Of a stretch of DNA of 64,000 nt, positions 1 through 13,135 are shown one piece after another. Under the pieces are notes generated by a model, which saw only the letters and a list, made by a program, of their open reading frames with translations, did not search any database and was not told where the DNA came from. Position 1 is the first letter of the stretch. The number at the start of each line of letters is the position of its first letter. Location of the stretch: contig NC_068982.1 in the NCBI RefSeq assembly GCF_001194135.2, forward strand, positions 50,823,756-50,887,755, given 5' to 3'. Position numbers and translations under genes: made by a program. Source of the DNA: Octopus bimaculoides. Lineage: Eukaryota.

Positions 1-921
1 GACACGAATGCAAAAGCCGTACCATCTACATATTTAGGATTCATCTTTCAGAAATAAAAGTCAGAGTATCCCATTTCACCCGCTCCTTTAAATTTTGAGA
101 TCAATTGTTTTAAGACTTTTTATCACTTTCTCAAATTTTCTCAATAATTCTTCATAGGGAATCGCAAAGTTTTGCATTCTTTTAAGTATTGTACTCATTG
201 CTACGAATTTTTTTCATACATGTCGTGGATGCTTGACATCTGACACCAGCCGCTAAGCTGATAACAGCTGCGGTGTCACGTGGCTCATTTAGATCGCAGT
301 TATTTCAATAACCAAATCACAAACCAGTTGCAATGGCAAGGAAAGGTAATATGAAACAGAAAGATTGGAATTGGTGGGGGGGGGGGAACTAACAAAACTG
401 TTAAATAATTCTTAGGAAATAATGAAGACCAAATAGAAGGATAAATGTGAGAAGAATAGTCTAAACAATGAACACATGGAAATAAGAATAAAAGAAAAGA
501 AAGACAAAAGAATAAACGACTTTTGAGAAAGAAAGAACCAACTGGGAAAGAAAAAAAGCTATCACATTGCTTCTTTTCAATAAATTGGTAAACAGTTCTT
601 ATCTCTTCAAACGGTGAGCCGTAGCATGTCCAAAATTGTTTGTATGAAACCGATATTCTTTCTTTGAGAAATTACTTCTCAAATTCATGTGTTAAAAATA
701 GTTAAAATATCTTTAAGTTTTTTGCTTTGCTTTGTAGATTTTCTTTTTTTTTTTTTACTTTTTATGTTATTTTAAACAAATGTTTCTTTTTTCCTCGTTC
801 GTTTGTTTTTATTTTAAATCTCAATTTCAGAATTTAATTTAGTTCATGATTTGCTCTTTGCCTTTTTCTTTCGCTTTCTTTCGTTTTACCCTCCTTTCTT
901 TCATCTTATTCTTTCTTACGC

Positions 922-924
<3 letters not shown>

Positions 925-987
<63 letters not shown>

Positions 988-1164
988 CTCTCTCTCTTTC
1001 TCTCTCTCTCTCTTGCGTTTTGTTATTCTCACCCCTGTTTCCCTTAAACTCAGTATCAGTAATGTTATTACATATTTTTTTTAAATATATAGTCGTTGAT
1101 TTATTTATTGCACACACTTTAATTTCTTTCTCTCTTAACTTTTTCGTCCTCTCTCCCTCTCCCT

Positions 1165-1198
<34 letters not shown>

Positions 1199-1250
1199 TA
1201 TACACGCACACATGCATACATACATAAATACATAGATACACACACACACA
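925..1250. repeat. (CT)n and (CA)n microsatellites
   Basis: Long CT runs at ~925-1012 and ~1149-1187, followed by CA/TACA repeats; these explain the ER/SL-rich ORFs. Confidence 0.95.
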
Positions 1251-1549
1251 GTCACATAATCTTCTTACCTTTAAAACAAGCACCCATTTAATTCTTCTAT
1301 TTTTCTTGTTATATTTATGTGAACCTTACTGTTTTGTTTTTCGGTCTTGTGTTGTTTTTTCTTTTTTGTAATCCACAAAAATATAATTAAATCACAATCA
1401 TGTAATTATCTGCTGTAATGGAAGCTAGCGAAGGAGCCCCTACGTAGGAGCTACTTGACCGGCTAAAAATAGCAAACAAATCTTACTTAAATTACATCTT
1501 AGTGTGAAAGAGGAGTTATTGGCACAGGATAATGTAGTTTAAAATACGT

Positions 1550-1682
1550 AGACGTGGATGTGTGGTAAGAAGCTTGCTTCCTAACCACATAGTTCCAAGT
1601 TCAGTTCCACTGCATGACACCTTGGGAAAGTGTCAACCTTGTGAGTAGCTTTAGTAGACTGAATTTGGTAGAAAGAAGCCCG

Positions 1683-1735
<53 letters not shown>

Positions 1736-1950
1736 TTTGTGCTTGTCCTCCGCCTCCGCTTTACAACCGGTGTTGGTATGTTTACGTCTCCACAACATAG
1801 CGGTTCGGCAAAAGACCGATAGAATAAGTATCAGGCTTAATAGAAAAAAAAACAAGTGCTGGGGTCGATTAGTTCGACTAAAATTCCTCAAAGCTGTGCC
1901 CCAGCATAGCCACAGTCAAATGACCAAAACAAATAAAAGATGAAAGATAA
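1550..1950 (+). mobile_element. SINE family A (tRNA-like head, internal (TG)n, conserved tail)
   Basis: Head GTGGATGTGTGGTAAGAAGCTTGCTTCC...AGTTCAGTTCCACTGC, internal (TG)n, tail GCGGTTCGGCAAAAGACCGATAGAATAAGTA...CAGCATAGCCACAGTCAAATGAC; more than 10 related copies in the window. Confidence 0.85.
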
Positions 1951-2789
1951 TACGTCAGAGAAAGGCGATGAAGTTATGGCTGAAATGACTTTTATCATCG
2001 GCCTGCTTATTCAAGGCTAAACGACTGCAGCCTACTGTAAAGTATCACTCTTATTTTAAAATATTTAAACTGCTCTTTTAAATAAAGAATTTCTTACAGG
2101 CACTTTTGTTTGTCAACTCCTGAAGGTACAGTTGTGCCTGGCGAGATTTGAACTTAGAGGGTGAAGAACATTTACATTAAAATTTCTTATAAAGGTATTA
2201 ACTCCAGATTTAGGTAGAAGAGGACAGTCGACTATGTCGACCCATGCACTTAAGAAATAGTTTATTTTATCGATCTTTAAAAGCAAAGTTGCCTCAAGCG
2301 AAATTTGAACTTACAAGATAAAGAACCAAACAAATATCGCTAGTCATTTTGTCCAACGCTCTAACGATCCTGCCATTCCACTTGTCTGTTGATTATTTAA
2401 TTAATGGTTCTTCGTATTGGTATAATACTTCAAATAACAGAACAGGAATATAGTCGATTAAATCGACACCACTTTAAGCTCACTGCTTATTTCATAGATC
2501 TTGAAAAGAAGAATCAGTCATGATGTCGGAATTCAGGCACATAAAGACCAAACTAGACACTGATTATAAGTTATACTTTGTCGAACAGTCTCTCGTTTCA
2601 GACACTTTGCCAACCCCCGTTTGTGTAAACAGTGCTGTCTACAAGGCCTCACTTTTGGAGGAGAGGATGTAAAGTAAATATCTCCTTCGTCGGTTTCGAC
2701 AATTACTGTTCCATTATTCGATCAACTAAACTACTTACTCATTGGATTAATGTGTAAGTACTTGAGTATCCCGCAGAGAAATGTAACCT

Positions 2790-3125
2790 TAACGTTATGA
2801 AGCCTGGCTCTTCGTCGGTTACGACGACGAGTGTTCCGGTTGATACGATTAGCCGAGCGCCGTGCTCGAAAATTAAAGTGCAAGTGGATGAACACTCCAC
2901 AGACTCGCGTACCTTTCACGTAGTTTTGAGGAATATTTAGAGTGATACAGAATATGACAAGGCTGGCCCTTTGAATTTCAGGTACAATTCATTTTTATCA
3001 GCTGAGTGGACAGTAGCAACGAAAAATAAAGCGTCTTGCTCAAGGATACAACACACCACTAAGAATCTAATCTACAACCTTACGATCGTGAGCCGAATAC
3101 CGTAACCAACAGGTCACGTGCCTTA
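2790..3125 (-). mobile_element. SINE family C, diverged copy
   Basis: Reverse-complement similarity to the well-preserved copies at 22087-22474 and 51643-52019. Confidence 0.7.
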
Positions 3126-4304
3126 ACGTTATACTCATGCAGAATCAGCGTGACACTGTGTGAATAGGTGGGGTTATTTGAATAATAGGTACGATACGTT
3201 CCGATGGGTTTCATAGTTTTCATTCACTCAGTTTCATTCTTAAGGCTTAGGTTGTGAAGTGTCTATTGTTAAAAAAAAAAGTTACTTAATATGTTACTCA
3301 TTAAGATCGAACCGAAAGCTCGTGAATGTGAAGCAAACTTCTTAGCCAGTTGACCATATTGTGTCTATTTAGGTGAGATTGTAACCAATTGTTATCGTCC
3401 GTTTATTTTATTGTCTCCCAAAGGATAAAACTCAAAATCAAATACAGTGAAATTTGAACACAAACCTCAAAGAAACAAAATTAAATTACTGTTATATATA
3501 TCCGATGCGCTAAACTTTGTGCCATTTTACTCCGTTCTTCTGTATAATGAATGGCATTAGTAAATGTTATCTCTTAAACTTATATCGGAACTTCATTCTT
3601 TTCATTCCTTCAATTATGACAATAATCGTCCATATTTTAAATTTGAAGCCTTTTGTCTGGAACATGGAATTTTGTCATGTGTAAATGTCATTAATACTTC
3701 CATTTTAATCTCGGATAATAGTGTCCTTATCGTTTATGATGGAGTTGTTGCTTATCACCAACTTACTCCTTATTGACAAAAACCCATGATCACAGATGCT
3801 CTAACCGTCTTTTTTTTCTTTTTTTTTTTTTGTCCAATCATTATACATTATACATGCAGGATTACATTATCCGAGAGAGAGAGAGAGAGAGATAGAGAGT
3901 AAGGTTCGATTTGAGAGCATATTGTTTGCTTCTTCTAGCACATTGCACAACAGCATAGAGGGTTCCTTAATTCGCTGTACACTGCCTTGTTTGTAAGCGG
4001 GGTTGAATATAATCTTCCCCGGTAACTACCACATATTTATTTTATCAAACTAAGCATTTTTGGAAGGTAAAATCGAGTCCATTGCAAACTCAGAATCATA
4101 AAATCTATAAACTTAGTCAACAACTCGAACTTACTTCTAGAAAATTCTAAAGGAAGACACATTCTATTGACCCGATCGAAGTATATTATCGGTAAACATT
4201 TCATTAACCACAAAAATATAAAAGCTAAGTCGCCATGCAATGGGATCTGCTATCCATTCCCGTGTTCCTTTCAGTCAACATTCCGTCCGTCCTTTCTTCC
4301 TTCC

Positions 4305-4518
4305 CTCACTCACTCACTCACTCAAACACACACACACTCATTCACTCATTCACTCACTCACACACACTCATTCACTCACTCACTCACTCAGTCACACACA
4401 CTCATTCACTCACTCACTCAGTCACACACGCACACACACTCATTCACTCACTCACTCACTCACACACACTCATTCACTCACTCACACACGCACACATACT
4501 AACACACACACTTACACA

Positions 4519-4565
<47 letters not shown>
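4305..4565. repeat. (CACT/CATT/CA)n compound microsatellite followed by (CT)n
   Basis: Directly visible; explains the HS/HT-rich ORFs. Confidence 0.95.
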
Positions 4566-4570
<5 letters not shown>

Positions 4571-5084
4571 CTCCTTTTAGATCTATTTATCCGTCTATTT
4601 GTCTGTATGTCTGTCTAATTAACTGTCAGATCTACTTTCCATTCTGCTAACGTGTGTATCTGCTTATTTTTATAATACAGATTAACATCTAAACCTAATA
4701 ATAAAACAAAAAACAACGTATGATGGCGTTACCCAACCATGGCCACAGATTTTGTTCTGGAACAGGTAAAAGATAAAAGTGTAACATCCACAGATATTCG
4801 TTAACCAAGGTTATTTAACTTTAATTATCTATCGATAAAAATTCATAGATCATGACATTGTTTCATTATGTTAAACATTTTAATTGTGCTTGCGATTTAA
4901 ACATACAAATGTAGAATAATATAAACCTCCCTCCTCTTCATTCTCTCTAATAACATAGGCCTTCTCTCTATTTCTCTCTCTCTCTTTCTCTCTGTCTTAC
5001 GTATTTTCCCTTTCTATTTTTTCACTGATACTACTATTTCTGTTTCATTTCTTTATTTGTTTATGCATTGAGTTGCCTTTAATA

Positions 5085-5600
5085 TTTCTCAAAGTGTATG
5101 GTCCATCGTGACGGTAAAGTCAGAACTCTGCGATATGATATCTATTCTCTGAAATGAGTTTAAAATATACAGTTCTATTAATTTACAAACCTCAGCACCA
5201 TCGGAGAACCTCATGTTTATATCGAACAATTTATTGCCATTGACTCAACTCTTAGAAAATTATTGTGCATTAGCAAAGATTTCCTAATGTGAATAATGAC
5301 ATTAATGTTTGAGTTTATCAACAAGAATAAAACCACTATTGAATTTTAAAGCTTTTAAAGGAATTTAGTTACACATTATACCAAATTACATTAATTTACG
5401 AAGGTGTTTATCATCTATATTGTGGAGCTGCTAGAAAGCAGATAATCTATTATTCCATACCGGAGAAAAATTATCTGATTTATATTGTAAATAATGGAAT
5501 CCAAAATATTTTCACTGACCTTATCTTCATTACTTTTCCTCGGATTTATTAATCTAATGTAGCGTTAGGAAAGAAATTATCTTTGTTTTTCAAAAAGCTA
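5085..5600 (-). mobile_element. Penelope-like element reverse transcriptase fragment (decayed)
   Basis: Manual minus-strand translation gives NKDNF..RLINP..KVSENILDSI, GNKLFDINMRFSDGAEVCKLIELYILN and LYRHDG. These match PLE RT motifs RLINP-KSE-G-ISK, FD-TMGSYDGAEVCELVGLYIL and LYRDDG. Frameshifts and stops are present. Confidence 0.75.
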
Positions 5601-5966
5601 TAGAAATCGTCAAAGATTTATTCCAATTAGTGGTTCTGATATTATCTATGTTAGGCAATCTTAGGAAATCATAGGAAACAATGAAATAAATCTATTTTGC
5701 ATAATTCTTTTTGGACATGGAGAACGGCTTGAAAATATCTGGTGTAAATATGAGATTATATGATGGATTGAGAATTTATATGATAAAGTATCTGTTCCAC
5801 TTCGCAGTTAAATGTTCTTTCCTATGTTGCTAGGATTGTATAAACTTTATAAACAACTTGTTGACGTAAACCATAGGCATCATAGGATATTTTATTGTTA
5901 TAGCATCAAGTATAGCTAGTGTTGTACAAAAACATTATTGTTTCCATAAAGAATAAATAAAAGAAG

Positions 5967-6290
5967 GCGCATGGCTCAGTAGTTAGAGGTAGTGAGTTCG
6001 ATTCCCGGACTGGGCTGTGTGTTGTGTTCTTGTGCAAGACATTTTATTTCACGTTGATCCAGTTTACTCAGCTTTAGAAATGAGTTGCGACGTCATTGGT
6101 GCCAAGCTATATCGGCGTTTGCCTTTCCCTTGGATAACATCAGTAGTGTGGGAAGGGGATACTGGTATGCATGGGTGAGTGCTGGTCTTCCATAAACAAC
6201 CTTGCTCGGAATTGTGCCTCGGAGGGAAACTTTCTAAATGCAATCTCATGGTCATTCATGTCCGAAAGGGGTCTTAAAAACCCTTTTAAA
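5967..6290 (+). mobile_element. tRNA-derived SINE (family C-type head, different body)
   Basis: A-box-like TGGCTCAGTAG, B-box GAGTTCGATTCCC, then TGTTGTGTTCTTGTGCAAGACATTTTATTTCACGTTG shared with other copies. Confidence 0.7.
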
Positions 6291-7220
6291 TAAAAGAACA
6301 ATTTTCAACTGCGTTGTATATAATTGTTGCCAATGACTACTTTCTCAGTGGTATCCAGTTAATATTGCAAAGTATTCATTGTTCTTGATAATAATCTGTT
6401 AATTTACATCTTTCATATTCTTAAGGTTATTTATCTTTATAAATATCGAACCAAAGTGAATACCTCGCTATGTGAAAATTACTGGAATAATTTATCTTGC
6501 TAGCGTGTAGGACTGATGAATTATTTATGAAACAAACAAGATGTATTTGAAGATTATACAATGCAATTAATATTGCGGAGCTAAGGAGTCCTCTGCAGTA
6601 GAACAAAATAATTATATAAAGCATCGTGAAAATCGCTTTAAAAAAAACCATTCTCTCAACATATGTATGCATTGTGAAATTTAGTAAGTTATCTCTCAAC
6701 TACCCTCTCGAAATACATACAGTGTTCAAAGGATGATTATCAAAAATTATAAAATTGTTTGATCTTTTATAGACCACGGGTGTCGCTACATTAGCAATTC
6801 CAGGAGGTGTGATCTTTGTCTCACAGACAAATATAAAAGAGTATTTCAAAATTTTTCGCCAGAAGAATATAGTTCGTGAACTTTTGTAGACACTTCCATT
6901 GGTATTATTCAAGAATTTCCACCTACCAACTGTTAAAAATACAATTAGATTTGCCACTTCTGACAGGTAGTCATATGAATTTTAAAAAATCAAAAAAAAT
7001 CACTCATTTTAAAATACTAAACATAATTAACAAAGACTCATTTTAAATACTGAACATTTTCCCACATATATCGTCTTAGTGCTTATGTACTTCAGTCGTT
7101 TGAATAATCGGTAACATAAAACTCAGATTACAATTTAAGAAGCTTCATCTTCTAAGAAGATAAGTTCAGTCTACTTTATGCTCTGAATATTTATTCCCGT
7201 TTTGTAAACAGGAACTTTCA

Positions 7221-7221
<1 letters not shown>

Positions 7222-7255
<34 letters not shown>

Positions 7256-7498
7256 CACCACACGCACACACAACACCACACACACACACACACATAATAC
7301 ACACACACATACATACATATTATACATACATACATACATACATACATACATACATACATACATACATACACATATGCAAATACAGCCATATATAATTATG
7401 GATATGTATACGTATGCAATTTAGAAAGATAGATAGATGGATAGATATACAGACAGACGGACGGACGGATGGATGGATGGATGGATAGACAGACAGAC

Positions 7499-7563
<65 letters not shown>

Positions 7564-8180
7564 TGAATGCATATATTTGTACATACATACATACATGCAT
7601 ACATACATACATACATACAAACATACATGCATACGTACCTACGTACATACGTATATTCATATGTAAACACTTGCGCACGCATATCCATTAATATTCTTAC
7701 AAAGAATGCTATTTCTTGAAACTGTCTTAAATCCATAAATAGTGGATAGCGTTATGCTGTATTAATATGTTATTTCCATATTATTCAACAAAATAATAGC
7801 TAATATTATTACACCCGAGGCGTCAACAATCTTGTAAAATTAGAAAATGAACTTGTATGAAACCTCTTAGAAATTCTCTAATGGACTCAGTGAAATTCAA
7901 CTATATATTTAAGATACATACATAGACATACATACATACATACATACATACATACATACATACATACAGATGCATATAATGAATGTAGGGAGTGTACAAA
8001 TACATGCATAATATATGGATATATATATATATTTATATGTGTGTGTGTGTAAATATATATATAATAAAAATATTCTTATATATGCGTATATATATTATAT
8101 ATTTATATGCACAATATATGTAAGTAAAATATGTATGTAAATCTGTATATATGTATACACGTATATGTATGTAAATTTGC

Positions 8181-8235
<55 letters not shown>

Positions 8236-8345
8236 CGTACAAATTCCTGTGTATATGTATATTTATATAGGTATTTATGTGAACACATGCAAATATAATT
8301 GTACTTATATATACACGTGTATATATTTATGTACATGCATATATG
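7222..8345. repeat. Compound microsatellite cluster (CA, TACA, GATA, GGAT, TA)
   Basis: Directly visible. Confidence 0.9.
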
Positions 8346-8386
8346 CTGGGGCACCGCCATTGTAATCACGTTTTAATTGGCCAGTT

Positions 8387-8943
8387 CTATGGGTTTGGCT
8401 TTTGGTGAAGGATGAAGTTCGATATCACTGCCCTCTTTTGAGTTACCTGCCTTGATATTGATTCACCTGGGATCTTGGATAGTAAGAGGTCAAGTTGTTT
8501 CTTGAAAATATCCACTCTCACTCCATGGAGGTCCCTCAGATGTTTTGGCAAGGAGTTAAATAGCTGTGGGCTCTTGAATCCCAAGCTATTGCAGTACATG
8601 GTCCTCACCCTAGATGAGACAGCTGAGATTTTTGGAACAGTGCAGTGACGTCCATTTTGAGGTCTTGAATAAATCTCAATTCCAAAGTTTTGTACCAGCC
8701 CCTCCAGTATCTTCCATATATATATATATANNNNNNNNNNNNNNNNNNNNNNNNNNNNNNNNNNNNNNNNNNNNNNNNNNNNNNNNNNNNNNNNNNNNNN
8801 NNNNNNNNNNNNNNNNNNNNNNNNNNNNNNNNNNNNNNNNNNNNNNNNNNNNNNNNNNNNNNNNNNNNNNNNNNNNNNNNNNNNNNNNNNNNNNNNNNNN
8901 NNNNNNNNNNNNNNNNNNNNNNNNNNNNNNNNNNNNNNNNNNN

Positions 8944-8986
<43 letters not shown>

Positions 8987-9129
8987 TGCGTACCTCTCCC
9001 GTTTTCGCTCCAGGGAGTGTAGTCGTCGCTCTTTCAGTCTCTCCAAGAAGCTTAACTGTCCCATTGATGTAGTCTTCCTTATGTAGTATCGCATCAACTT
9101 CTGCTATTAACCCTACAGTGTAGGGTGTC

Positions 9130-9130
<1 letters not shown>
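8387..9130 (-). mobile_element. CR1/L2-group LINE ORF2 C-terminal fragment split by (TA)n and an N gap
   Basis: WTPYTVGLIAEV, SFLERLKERRLHSLERKRERYAVIYI, then IWKILEGLVQNFGI...SLGFKSPQLFNSLPKHLRDL...FKKQLDLLLSKIP: typical CR1-group RT tail. Confidence 0.85.
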
Positions 9131-9166
<36 letters not shown>

Positions 9167-9288
9167 NNNNNNNNNNNNNNNNNNNNNNNNNNNNNNNNNN
9201 NNNNNNNNNNNNNNNNNNNNNNNNNNNNNNNNNNNNNNNNNNNNNNNNNNNNNNNNNNNNNNNNNNNNNNNNNNNNNNNNNNNNNNNN

Positions 9289-9332
<44 letters not shown>

Positions 9333-9842
9333 GAGAGAGAGAGAGAGAAAGAAAGAGAGAGAGAAAGAGAGAGAGTGTGTAGAGAGAGACCAAAGTGTAT
9401 GTATGCCGCCATATGTATAGAAAAAGGAATACAAATATATACAAATATATATATTCTTACTATGGAAAGAATCTTGGACGCGTTAGCAACAACAATATAC
9501 AAATTACTTTCTCACTGTTATGTGTAAGTTCAGCAGCGTTTTTATAAAATTTCTATTCATTTTTTTATATCGCTCTAGGCTAAAATCTCTCGCCAGTGTA
9601 ACTGGGTCATGCGGAAATTGGCAATTGTTAACAGAAGCCCAATTGTGGAGAATGCCGACATTTCTGCGTATGCTAGCAAGATCCATTCCTGATCGAAACT
9701 ATATATATATATATATAAGATAATTTTTATATCCAAGTTAACATGGCTATCTTGTTAGGACACCAAATACCGAGTTATTAACCTTGAAAGATCCCCTTAT
9801 ATAGGCGCTTGGTCATAAAGGCCCACATATGAATCCGTGACC

Positions 9843-9989
9843 GATAAATTCCACTACGGTAAATTCACAATAGGTAAAATTCAGTGCGGTATATTCCACT
9901 AAGGTAAATTCCAGTACGTTAAATTCCACTCGGAAAATTTCTTTATAGGTAAAATTCAGTGCGGTATATTCCACTAAGGTAAATTCAAC
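9843..9989. repeat. ~15-bp minisatellite (GGTAAATTCCACTAC-like), about 10 units
   Basis: Units start at 9843, 9858, 9873, 9888, 9903, 9918, 9932, 9948, 9963 and 9978. A 42-bp block recurs exactly 75 bp downstream. Confidence 0.9.
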
Positions 9990-10163
9990 GGTTTTAGAAA
10001 ACTAATTACACTCGCCCTTGTTACACACTTCTCAACTAATTAGTCGTTAGTTAAAGTATAAGTTTATGTCATTATTACTCATTTTTTAACTGAATTTCAC
10101 TGTACTGCTAATTTTTTTTCATTCAGTTTAACTTTGAACTTTGAAACCCTCAACCATGGCAAC

Positions 10164-10205
<42 letters not shown>

Positions 10206-10276
10206 TTGTGAGAACATTAGTTCCTTTTACTTTTCATCTATCAATAAAAGGTAGTTATATATTTATTATGTCTAAG

Positions 10277-10470
10277 GAGGCAAGCTGGCAGAATCATTAG
10301 CACGCCGGGCGAAATGTTTAGGTGCGTTTCACCCGTCTTTACGTTCTCAGTTCAAATTCCGCTGGGGTCAACTTTGCCCATCATCCTTTCGGGTCGATAA
10401 GACAGATACCAGTTGAGTATTGGAGTCGATTTAATCAACTTAGCCCCTCCTTCTAAATTGCTGATCTTAT
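10277..10470 (+). mobile_element. SINE family B
   Basis: GGCAAGCTGGCAGAATCATTAGCACGCCGGGCGAAATG...GTTCAAATTCCGCTGGGGTCAACTTTGCC..TCATCCTTTCGGGTCGATAAG; more than 10 related copies. Confidence 0.85.
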
Positions 10471-12949
10471 ATTTATGATTCGTCTTCAGTCTAAGCCCAA
10501 AGTCACAATCATTGAGGATGAGCTAATACAGGTGATCAGCTTGCTAAGAAAAACAGCCAAATCTTCTAATCACTCCTAACTGCTAAAAGAAACACATTAA
10601 ATAACGTAGTCTTTGAAAGGTAATGTCCAGAAAAGAATAACGTTGTCATGTTTAGAATGTTTTTGATTATAGAACTGCTATCATGACTGACTTGGAGCTT
10701 GACAATAGCAACAATTGTTACCTCATCTAATAGCGCAGTTCTATTTTAAAAAAAACCGTAAGCGTAGTAAGGCCGACTATTTAAGAAGTTCCCTTCACAA
10801 CAAAGAAGTTTCAGATTCCAGCTCACTGCGAGGCATCTTGGATAAATATCATTTTCTATAGCATCGTGTCAGCCTGTGTATCTTGCGAGTGAAACTGGTC
10901 AGACGGTAGCTGCACAGAAGCCTCTCAGTTGGATTGCACCTGTAATTAAGAGGTAGAATCTAGTCGCACATTGTGTTACACTGATTTAACCTGGGAATTA
11001 TGCGCGTCTCGTGATAATACATGAGCAGGATATTCAGTCAGTCGAAGAAATGAATCCTCGTTGTTGAATGACAGAGATCAACTATCACTAGTATAAAAAT
11101 ACTGTACCTATACACTAGAACTACTGACTGATTAACCTAAAACCAAGTATACATATTACATTGATAACCTCTATAATGCGCTCAGTTAACCTTGTTGCTC
11201 AGTGTCTTTGGTCTTTGCATATTTTGCACACAGCCTTCATGTTATTGTCTACTAACTGATTTTATCATTCGAGCATTATGCCTTTCTTAATGTCTTTCAT
11301 CGTTTCACACACACACAACAATGCAGTACACAATAAGTTACTCACAATCTCCTCCATCAGTACGTTACTCGAAACCCCCTCTATCAATATGTTAATCGAA
11401 TCCTTCTACATTAAATAATATTTCCCGATGAGACTTCTTAAAGCGTCTGGCTAAAGTCAGAGAAAAAAATGTCGGTAAAAGATATGCCACGACATCTTAC
11501 GTATCTTCGACAACTATTTCTTCAACATTTATACTTATTGCATTATTTTACAACTACCACGTTCCTAATATTTATATGGTAGTTCAGTAAATTTACTCGA
11601 AGATTTATAAAAAATAATCATTTGTTGATTTTTTTTGTGCCATGTTCTTTTCCTTTTAAAAGCAAAAAAGTTTACCGAAAACAACTCTCTCGCTGTTTTC
11701 TTTCTCTCTTTCTCTCCACCTCTCCCTTTCCTGCTTCTTTCAACTTTCCGTCTCTGCATTTTATGCCATTTTTATCCAGACACTCTACATTAATGAGGGT
11801 TATAATGATATGACTTAAAGGGCTAAAATCTCAAAATCAATATGATAGTCTTCGTTCTATCGAAGTAAATATGTTCTTGAAATGAACAAGTACTTTTATC
11901 TTTTGACAAGTCAAAAGAAGGAAAAATATATAAAGGTGACAGTGAATCGACTTGTATGTAGTGATAGTCAAGCACGCAAACAACTCTGTAGTAAAAGCCA
12001 GTAGCTGAAATAGATCTCATCTGATCAACATACTGATGTCGATGTAAACAGGAAATTCTTTCGACAGCTATAACTCAAGACGAACTCTTCCAACGATGGA
12101 AATACTTTTTCTCAGCAATTTCTTTACAAAATATTCTCTTTTTTACTTTATATTTTTTCTTTCCCTGCATACACAAACTCGTAAACACATTAAGCCTCTT
12201 AATATCCAAAGAAAGGAAGGAGAAAGAGAGAATAAGGAAATAAAAGTATAAAAGTATAAATAGAAATAGCAAGATGAAATGAATGATGAATTAAGACAAA
12301 AATATATTTTCCGAGAAATTTTAAATGGCGACCATCGCCACCATCGCTTGTTTTATTCCAATTAATTTCTACGAGACAAGATTGATTATTCAATATTCTG
12401 CCACCCAACAATAATTTTCTCTAACTATTAATTTTCTTCTATTCATGAGCAACAATTAACCAAGTAACCAATTGTAATACATACGTCTGCAATAACTGAC
12501 AGTAATAACTGAAAAGAAAAAAAAAAACTTGTAAATACGTTGAGAAAGTATTTTACTCTTCATTTTTCCCGTTTCCTTTTCCGTCNNNNNNNNNNNNNNN
12601 NNNNNNNNNNNNNNNNNNNNNNNNNNNNNNNNNNNNNNNNNNNNNNNNNNNNNNNNNNNNNNNNNNNNNNNNNNNNNNNNNNNNNNNNNNNNNNNNNNNN
12701 NNNNNNNNNNNNNNNNNNNNNNNNNNNNNNNNNNNNNNNNNNNNNNNNNNNNNNNNNNNNNNNNNNNNNNNNNNNNNNNNNNNNNNNNNNNNNNNNNNNN
12801 NNNNNNNNNNNNNNNNNNNNNNNNNNNNNNNNNNNNNNNNNNNNNNNNNNNNNNNNNNNNNNNNNNNNNNNNNNNNNNNNNNNNNNNNNNNNNNNNNNNN
12901 NNNNNNNNNNNNNNNNNNNNNNNNTTCTATATTTAAGAGAAGAGGAATT

Positions 12950-13135
12950 ATGTACATCATTTACCTTATTTACAATTAACGGATATTTGTCCTCATCTTG
13001 TTGTTAACCCAGGTTCGAAATTTCCCCAAGACACCTGATGAAGGCTGGAGGGTATATCAGCCGAAGCGTTGTGTTAACAACAAACAAGATGAGGACAAAT
13101 ATCCGTCAATTGTAAATAATGTAAATAATGTAAAG
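12950..13135 (+). mobile_element. Short hairpin element with a hammerhead motif between inverted arms (PLE pLTR-like)
   Basis: Inverted arms 12967-13008 and 13073-13118 enclose the hammerhead motif at 13031-13074. Confidence 0.75.
13031..13074 (+). ncRNA. Minimal type I hammerhead ribozyme motif (probably inactivated)
   Basis: Stem I ACAC/GTGT; CTGATGA core; stem II GGCTG/CAGCC; GAAG in place of GAAA; GCGT in place of the palindromic ACGT stem III. Confidence 0.7.

Noticed and set aside
6505-6550. CTGATGA-ATTATTTAT-GAAAC hammerhead-like string
   Set aside because: Stem II is only 2 bp and stem I is not credible. Similar hits at ~13765, ~14467, ~37830 and ~41628 also fail to fold.
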